The notes under the pieces are model-generated. The model saw only the letters and a program-made list of their open reading frames with translations. It ran no database searches and was not told the DNA's origin. Made by a program: the position numbers and the translations under genes. From the human T2T-CHM13v2.0 reference genome, Homo sapiens, in assembly GCF_009914755.1 (NCBI RefSeq), contig NC_060925.1: DNA of 64,000 nucleotides; one strand, written 5' to 3'. Each line of letters begins with the position of its first letter. Within the stretch, counting starts at the first letter, position 1. Shown here one piece after another: positions 54,880 to 64,000 of this stretch.

Positions 54880-55295
54880 CCAGCCAGAGCAATTGGCAAG
54901 AGAAAGAAATAAAGGGTATCCAAATTGGAAATGAGGAATCAAATGGCCTATTTGCAGACAATATGATCTTTGCAGTTGATCCTTAAACAACGCAGGTTTG
55001 AACTTCACAGATCTACTTATACGTAAACTTTCTTCCATCTCCATCTCTGCTGCCCTTGAGACAGCAAGACCAACCCCACCTGTTCCTCCTCAGCCCACTC
55101 AGCCTGGTCCCAGGTACTTGGGAGGCTGAGGTGGGAGGATCACTTGAGCTTGGGGACGTGGAGGTTAAAGTGAGCTGAGTTTGCACCACCATTTACAATA
55201 GCTACAAAAATAAAAATACCTAGAAATAAATTTAACCAAGGAGGTGAAAGATATCTATCAGGAAAACTTTAACACAGAGATGAAAAAAATTGAAG
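54880..55295 (+). mobile_element. L1 ORF2 fragment interrupted by a Tigger2-like 5' end (54973-55100) and an Alu piece
   Basis: gagaaagaaataaagggtatccaaattggaaa (L1) and cagttgatccttaaacaacgcaggtttgaact (Tigger2-type terminal repeat). Confidence 0.7.
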
Positions 55296-55297
55296 GA

Positions 55298-55298
<1 letters not shown>

Positions 55299-55339
<41 letters not shown>
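55299..55339. repeat. (AC)~20 microsatellite
   Basis: Directly visible. Confidence 0.95.
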
Positions 55340-55341
<2 letters not shown>

Positions 55342-55881
55342 AAAAAAAAGGGAAAGAAATAGAAATAGAAAAAAAAAAGTCACCTAGCAGAGGCTTGCAA
55401 AGGTGCAGATTGCCTTTAGGGATTTGGTAGATACCAGTCCTCCTGCCCCTGGCTGCAGTGCAGAATGTACAGGAATGGGGAAGGTCAGGGAGGATTTCAT
55501 TCCAGGGCTTTAACCTTCCACTTCTCCAGCCTTTCTCCCTCCACCCAAAAAAAGATTGAAAAAGCTAAGAATAAAAGGTAGAACACCAAATTGTATTCAC
55601 ATTATACTTTTAAACATGTATAAACGATGAGCACGTGTGAATAAAGATCAGAAAGACCCAAAAATAATTGTAAATCTTTGGTGGGATTGTGGGCATAAGT
55701 CTTTTGATAATTAGAAGTTTTACTATTACTGTTTCCTCCGCCATGCTAAAAATCCACGTGATCAGGAACTATCTTGTTCATCTTTGCAATACCAGGGCCT
55801 ACTTCAGGCTTGAGATGTTTATTTAAGAAATGAGTGGAGAAATGAATGAATGTATGAATAAGATGTTTTAAAATTAAATAA

Positions 55882-58155
<2,274 letters not shown>

Positions 58156-58759
58156 AATGTGGCAGTACATGATGGAATTTCTGAATTGGATTAGCTACTT
58201 TCCTTGCTTTTTGTTTCTTTCTCTTATCTACTAGAGATCAGCAAATAATTCAGGTAATCAAAAGTTGCAAAAAAAAAAAAACCATGATTTTTCATAGATG
58301 ACTCCCCATGACTTCTTCCCTTCACATTTAGCCACAGCTGCCATACCACTTCCTAAGTGTGGCAAGTTCAGCTTCCTTCTCACTTTCAGCTTCAAATGGA
58401 CTTTTGGACTACCTGGGCGTTCCTTTATTTGTCTCTTTCTGATTTCCTATGTCAAAGATAAACAAGGTGGAAGGACAGATTTTAATCAGTAATATACTAT
58501 TGCAAAGTGAAAACGAGTCTAGCATGAGCTGAACTCAACTTCTGAACCCAGTCAGAGGTGACTAGGCATTTTAAAGGGAGGATGAGGGAAGAGGGAAGGG
58601 TAAGTGAGGGCTCAGGAGAGTCAGGGAAATGAAAAATTACAAAAAGTAGAAGGGGGGTGGTAAATTAGTCCATTCTGTGTTGCTATAAAGGAATACCTGA
58701 GACCAGGTAATTTATCAAGAAAAGAGGTTTATTTGACTCATGGTTGATGAGGACCTCGG

Positions 58760-58921
58760 GAAGTTTACCCTCATGGTAGAAGGTGAAGAGGGGGCAGGCA
58801 TGTCACATGGCGGGAAGCTTACCATCATGGTGGAAGGCAAAGAGGGAGCAGGCACATCACATGGCGAGAAGCTTACCATCATGGCGGAAGGCGAAGAGGG
58901 AGCAGGCACATCACATGGTGA
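58760..58921. repeat. 54-bp triplication inside the MST LTR
   Basis: Units start at 58760, 58814 and 58868. Confidence 0.9.
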
Positions 58922-59063
58922 GAGTGGGGGCAAGAGAGAGAGGAGGCAATACTTGGCTGTCTTAAACAAGTAGCTCCCACATGAACTAATAGAGTGAGAG
59001 CTCACTTATTACTATGGGGATGTCACCAGGCCATTCGTGAAGGATCCACTTCCATGACCCAAC

Positions 59064-59920
59064 TGAGAGGTGAAGCCAGCTGGGCTTCTGTGTCAGGCGG
59101 GGACCTGGAGAACTTTTCTGTCTAGCTAAAGGATTGTAAACGCACCAATCAGTGCTCTGTGTCTAGCTAAAGGTTTATAAACACACCAATCAGCACTCTG
59201 TAAAAACTCACCAATCAGCGCTCTGTGTCTAGCTAAAGGTTTGTAAACGCACCAATCAGCACTCTGTAAAAATGGACCAATCAGCACTCTGTAAAATGGA
59301 CCAATTGGCACTCTGTAAAATGGACCAATCAGCAGGATGTGGGCAAGGCCAAATAAGGGAATAAAAGCTGGCCACCCAACCCAGCAGAGGCAACCCACTC
59401 GGGTCCCCTTCCATGGTGTGGAAGCTTTGTTCTTTTGCTCTTCACAATAAATCTTGCTGCTGCTCACTCTTTGGGTCTGCACTACCTTTATGAGCTGTAA
59501 CACTCACTGTGAAGGTCTGCAGCTTCACTCCTGAAGTCAGTGAGACCACAGACCCACTGGGAGGAACAAACAACTCTGGACGCACCACCTTTATGAGCTG
59601 TAACACTCACCGTGAAGGTCTGCAGCTTCACTGCTGAAGTCCGCAAGACCACGAGCCTACCGGAAGGAACAAACAATTCTGGACACGCCATCTTTAAGAG
59701 CTGTAACACTCACTGCAAAGGTCTGTGACTTCACTCCTGAAGTCAGCAAGACCATGAACCCACCAGAAGGAAGAAATTCTGGACACATCTGAACATCTGA
59801 AGGAAGAAACTCTGGACACATCATCCTTAAGAACTGTAACACTCACTGCAAGGGTCCGTGGCTTCATTCTTGAAGTCAGCAAGACCAAGAACCCACTGGA
59901 AGGAACCAATTCCGGACACA
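59064..59920 (+). mobile_element. LTR12-family (ERV9) solo LTR, copy 1
   Basis: TGAGAGGTGAAGCCAGCTGGGCTTC...TTCCGGACACA, with tandem CCAATCAG boxes and a perfect 4-bp TSD caac. Confidence 0.95.
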
Positions 59921-60302
59921 CAACCACCTCCCACTAGGCCCCACCTCCAACACTGGGGATCACATTTCAACATGAGATTTGGAGGGGACAGGCATTCAAA
60001 CTATACTGGGGGACTTGATCAACGTGAAACTTCTCTGGGTTTGCTAACCAACTGGTGCTTTTGGAAGCTAGGCACCTAGCCCCCCAAGGAGGCTGGGCGA
60101 CAGGGGCCCTGTCTTCAGGTGCTGGCTAGAACAAGCAACAAATTATTGGGGCAGCCTTGAGCTTTCTCTCAGGCAGCTACGTGAAGAGTGTGGGTAGGAT
60201 CATGCTGGGGGAGGGGAGTTGAGCTGTTAGAAACTGTGTTACTGTTTGTTCAAGTCTTTACAGGCCAAGGATGAGACTCGTGCATAACCAGGCTCAGAGG
60301 AG

Positions 60303-62163
60303 CCTGACTAGAGTTTGGTCATGGAGATGATCTTTGTCACCTGGCTAGAGTTTGGTCATGGAGAGGATCTTTGTCACCTGGCTAGAGTTTGGTCAATGAG
60401 AGGATCTTTGTCACCTGGCTAGAGTTTGGTAGAGGAAAGGATCTTTGTCACCTCACTAGAGTTTGGTCAATGAGAGGATCTTTGTCACCTGGCTAGAGTT
60501 TGGTCAATGAGAGGATCTTTGTCACCTGGCTAGAGTTTGGTCGAGGAGAGGATCTTTGTCACCTGTCTAGAGTTTGGTCGAGGAGAGGATCTTTGTCACC
60601 TGGCTAGAGTTTGGTCAAGGAAAGGATCTTTGTCACCTGGCTAGAGTTTGGTAGAGGAGAGGATCTTTGTCACCTGTCTAGAGTTTGGTCAAGGAGAGGA
60701 TCTTTGTCACCTGGCTAGAGCTTGGTCAAGGAGAGTGAGAGGTGAAGCTGGCTGGGCTTCTGGGTCGGGTGGGGACTTGGAGAAATTTTCTGTCTAGCTA
60801 AAGGATTGTAAATGCACTAATCAGTGTTCTGTGTCTAGCTAAAGGTTTGTAAACACCCCAATCAGCACTCTGTGTCTAGCTAATTGGGTGGGGACTTGGA
60901 GAACTTTTCTGTCTAGCTAAAGGATTGTAAATGCACCAATCAGTGCTCTGTGTCTAGCTAAAGGTTTCTAAACACACCAATCAGCACTCTGTAAAAATGC
61001 ACCAATCAGCACTCTGTGTCTAGCGAAATGTTTGTAAACGCACCAATCAGCACTCTGTAAAAATGGACCAATCAGCACTGTAAAATGGACCAATCAGCAC
61101 TCTGTAAAATGGACCAATCAGCAGGATGTGGGTGGAGCAAAAGAAAGAAATAAAAGCTGGCCACCCTAGCCAGCAGGGGCAACCCCCTCGGGCACCCTGC
61201 CATTCTTTTGCTCTTCGCAATAAATCTTGCTGCTGCTCAATCTTTGGGTCCACACTACCTTTATGAGCTGTAACACTCACCGTGAAGGTCTGCAGCTTCA
61301 CTCCTGAAGCCAGCTGAGATCACGAACCCACCAGGAGGAAAGAACAACTTCAGATGCACCACCTTTAAGAGCTGTAACACTCACTGTGAAGGTCTGTGGC
61401 TTCACTCCTGAAGTCAGTGAGACCACGAACACACCAGAAGGAAGAAACTCTGGACACATCTGAACATCTGAAGGAACAAACTCTGGACAGACCATCTTTA
61501 AGAACTTTACCACTCACTGCAAGTGTCCGCGGCTTCATTCTTGAAGTCAGCAAGACCAAGAACCCACCAGAAGGAACCAATTCCAGACAAAGAAGATCTT
61601 TGTCACCTGGCTAGAGCTTGGTCCAGGAGAGGATCTTTGTCACCTGCCTAGAGCTTGGTTGAGGAGAGGATCTTTGTCACCTGGCTAGAGCTTGGTCGAG
61701 GAGAGGATCTTTGTCACCTGGCTAGAGCTTGGTCGAGGAGAGGATCTTTGTCACCTGGCTAGAGCTTGGTCGAGGAGAGGATCTTTGTCACCTGGCTAGA
61801 GCTTGGTCGAGGAGAGGATCTTTGTCACCTGGCTAGAGCTTGGTCCAGGAGAGGATCTTTGTCAGCTGGCTAGAGCTTGGTCGAGGAGAGGATCTTTGTC
61901 ACCTGGCTAGAGCTTGGTCGAGGAGAGGATTTTTGTCACCTGGCTAGAGCTTGGTCCAGGAGAGGATCTTTGTCACCTGGCTAGAGCTTGGTCGAGGAGA
62001 GGATCTTTGTCACCTGGCTAGAGCTTGGTCCAGGAGAGGATCTTTGTCACCTGGCTAGAGCTTGGACGAGGAGAGGATCTTTGTCACCTGGCTAGAGCTT
62101 GGTCGAGGAGAGGATCTTTGTCACCTGGCTAGAGTTTGGTTGAGGAGAGGATCTTTGTCACCT
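60303..62163. repeat. 37-bp VNTR, ~27 units, interrupted by LTR12
   Basis: Unit CCTGGCTAGAG(T/C)TTGGTC(A/G)AGGAGAGGATCTTTGTCA. About 11.7 units lie left of the LTR and about 15.3 right. Confidence 0.95.
60736..61590 (+). mobile_element. LTR12-family (ERV9) solo LTR, copy 2
   Basis: TGAGAGGTGAAGCTGGCTGGGCTTC...TTCCAGACAA, with TSD agag/agaa inside a VNTR unit. Confidence 0.95.
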
Positions 62164-62820
62164 AGGAAATAGTTACAACTGATGTTGCAGGCATTCTTCT
62201 ATCTTCTCGTGCCCCTAGTCCTACCCTTCACCCTCGAGCTTCAGAACACCCAGCTTTTGACTTTGTGAAGGTGGTGGCTAAGAGCCTGTCCATAAGCCAA
62301 CCTTGTCTTCTTTTGGAGGAGAAGGGGGTCTTCCCTTTTTCTTGGCACTAACTTTGGTGCAGAAATCAAGCTGTCTGCTGGCCCCTGGAGAGAATGAATT
62401 CCTTGGAAATCCTTTAGATGAAGAATTGCTTCAAGAAGGGCTAGACCTGGGACTGCTCTACACAAAAGCAAATTGTTCCAAGATTCCTGTCCCAGTAAGT
62501 TGGTTTTTCCTGCTCTTGAGCTTTAGAGGAAACGAATGACACAGATGTTCTCTGTTTGGCTTTCTGCTCGGATTAGTGTTTGTGGGATTCATTCATATTG
62601 TTGTATGTTATGATGGACAAAAAAATTAAGTTCCCTGGAAGCAACAGGAACATGGCCTCAGTGTCAGAACTGCCGATGGTGGGGTGTGATTCCCACAGTT
62701 GCCCCTCGGGCCCTTCTGAAAATCAGCCCTTGCTCCTTTAAAAAACTTACTATTATAAATTATAAAATAATTATTGTATAAATTATTGTTAAAAAGTTTG
62801 AACAATATAGAAAGGGATGC

Positions 62821-64000
62821 TTACTCATTGCTAGCACAGCAGTCTGAGATCGAACTGCAAAGCAGCAGCGAGGCTGGGGGGTGGCGCCCGCCATTGCCAA
62901 GGCTTGAATAGGTAAACAAAGCGGCTGGGAAGCTCGAACTGGGTGGAGCCCACCGCAGCTCAACTTTGGCGAATCTGACAATTATGTGTCTTGGAGTTGC
63001 TCTTCTCGAGGAGTATCTTTGTGGTGTTCTCTATATTTCCTGAATTTGAATGTTGGCCTGCCTTGCTAGATTGGGGAAGTTCTCCTGGATAATATCCTGC
63101 AGAGTGTTTTCCAACTTGGCTCAATTCTCCCTGTCACTTTCAGGTATATCAATCAGACATAGATTTGGTCTTTTCACATAGTCCCATATTTCTTACAGAG
63201 GCCTGCCTGCCTCTGTAGACCCCACCTCTGAGGGCAGGGAATAGCCAAACAAAAGGCAGCAGAATCCTCTGCAGACTTAAATGTCGCTGTCTGACAGCTT
63301 TGAAGAGAGTAGTGGTTCTCCCAGCACGCAGCTGGAGATCTGAGAATGGACACACTGCCTCCTCAAGTGGGTCCCTGACCCCCGAGTAGCTTAACTGGGT
63401 GGCACCCCCCAGTAGGGGCAGACTGACACCTCACACGGCCGGGTACTCCTCTGAGACAAAACTTCCAGAGGAACGATCAGGCAGCAACATTTGCTGCTCA
63501 CCAATATCCGCTGTTCTGCAGCCTCCGCTGCTGATACCCAGGCCAACAGGGTCTGGAGTGGACCTCCAGCAAACTCCAACAGACCTGCAGCTGAGGGTCC
63601 TGACTGTTAGAAGGAAAACTAACAAACAGAAAGGATATCCACACCAAAACCCCATCTGTACGTCACCATCATCAAAGACCAAAGGTAGATAAAACCACAA
63701 AGATGGGGAAAAAACAGAGCAGAAAAACTGGAAACTCTAAAAATCAGAGCACCTCTCTTCCTCCAAAGGAGTGCAGCTCCTCACCAGCAATGGAACAAAG
63801 CTGGATGGAGAATGACTTTGACAAATAGAGAGAAGAAGGCTTCAGACGATCAAACTACTCCAAGCTAAAGGAGGAAGTTCGAACCCATGGCAAAGAAGTT
63901 AGAAACCTTGAAAAAAAATTAGATGAATGGCTAACTAGAATAAGCAATGCAGAGAAGTCCTTAGAGGACCTGATGGAGCTGAAAACCAAGGCATGAGAAC
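62821..64000 (+). mobile_element. L1PA element: partial 5' UTR and start of a dead ORF1; runs off the window
   Basis: ctcattgctagcacagcagtctgagatc is 5' UTR sequence. ORF1 ATG at 63703 reads MGKKQSRKTGNSKNQS..., with a premature TAG at 63826-63828. Confidence 0.93.
62964..63194 (-). mobile_element. Inverted L1 ORF1 segment inserted in the L1 5' UTR
   Basis: The reverse complement corresponds to the ORF1p region EIWDYVKRPNL...LENTLQDIIQENFPNLARQANIQIQEI. Confidence 0.9.

Larger units (their letters stand above)
58661..60008 (-). mobile_element. MST-type MaLR LTR, split by LTR12
   Basis: ttagtccattctgtgttgctataaaggaatacctgaga ... cacctcccactaggccccacctccaacactggggatcacatttcaacatgagatttgg. Confidence 0.88.
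58450..62160 (-). mobile_element. MER67/MER31-like ERV1 LTR, host of a nested complex
   Basis: Termini TGTCAAAGAT (58450) and ATCTTTGTCA (62160). 4-bp TSD ccta at 58446-58449 and 62161-62164. Minus strand reads TGACAAAGATC..CTCC.TGACCAAACTCTAGTCAGGCTCCTCTGAGCC. Confidence 0.75.

Noticed and set aside
58715-59005. ORFs with an 18-aa repeat
   Set aside because: A consequence of the 54-bp triplication inside the MST LTR.
59064-61590. LTR12 pair as a deleted ERV9 provirus
   Set aside because: Each LTR has its own TSD, and the DNA between them is MST, MER67-like and VNTR sequence, not ERV internal sequence.
60303-62163. CRISPR-like regular 37-bp repeats
   Set aside because: The units are contiguous with no unique spacers, there are no cas genes, and the DNA is primate. 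It is a minisatellite.
63703-64000. Active L1
   Set aside because: The start of the 5' UTR is missing, the UTR is interrupted, and ORF1 has a stop at codon 42.

Overview
Primate (most likely human) genomic DNA, dense in Alu, L1 and LTR elements. Bases 1 to about 13.6 kb hold the 3' end of CNST (consortin, + strand): two coding exons (5209-5344 and 10710-10915) and a 3' UTR of about 2.7 kb. I recognised the gene from its C-terminal peptide; from memory it lies at 1q44 with SCCPDH downstream, outside this window. The remaining 50 kb or so is intergenic. It contains roughly 50 Alu copies or fragments, nested old L1s, and solo LTRs (two LTR7/HERV-H, MER11, two LTR12, MST, MER67-like, LTR33-like). 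It also has a 3.65-kb almost pure polypyrimidine tract, a (GT)~47 repeat beside a CTCF motif, a second CTCF motif beside a TATA/CCAAT promoter-like cluster, and a 5'-truncated L1PA at the right edge. Nearly all ORFs in the supplied track, including the 1331-aa one, are repeat-derived artefacts. I cannot support a new gene or a new biological system. The most unusual structures are: (1) a 37-bp VNTR built from the terminus of an LTR and split by an LTR12 insertion; (2) an L1 whose 5' UTR carries an inverted L1 ORF1 segment with microhomology at both junctions; (3) the long triplex/G4-prone tract with about 29 embedded ETS cores; (4) old local duplications of non-repeat sequence that keep identical motif blocks. 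Repeat subfamily names come from remembered consensus sequences and need RepeatMasker/Dfam confirmation. Repeat boundaries are approximate unless a target-site duplication (TSD) is quoted.
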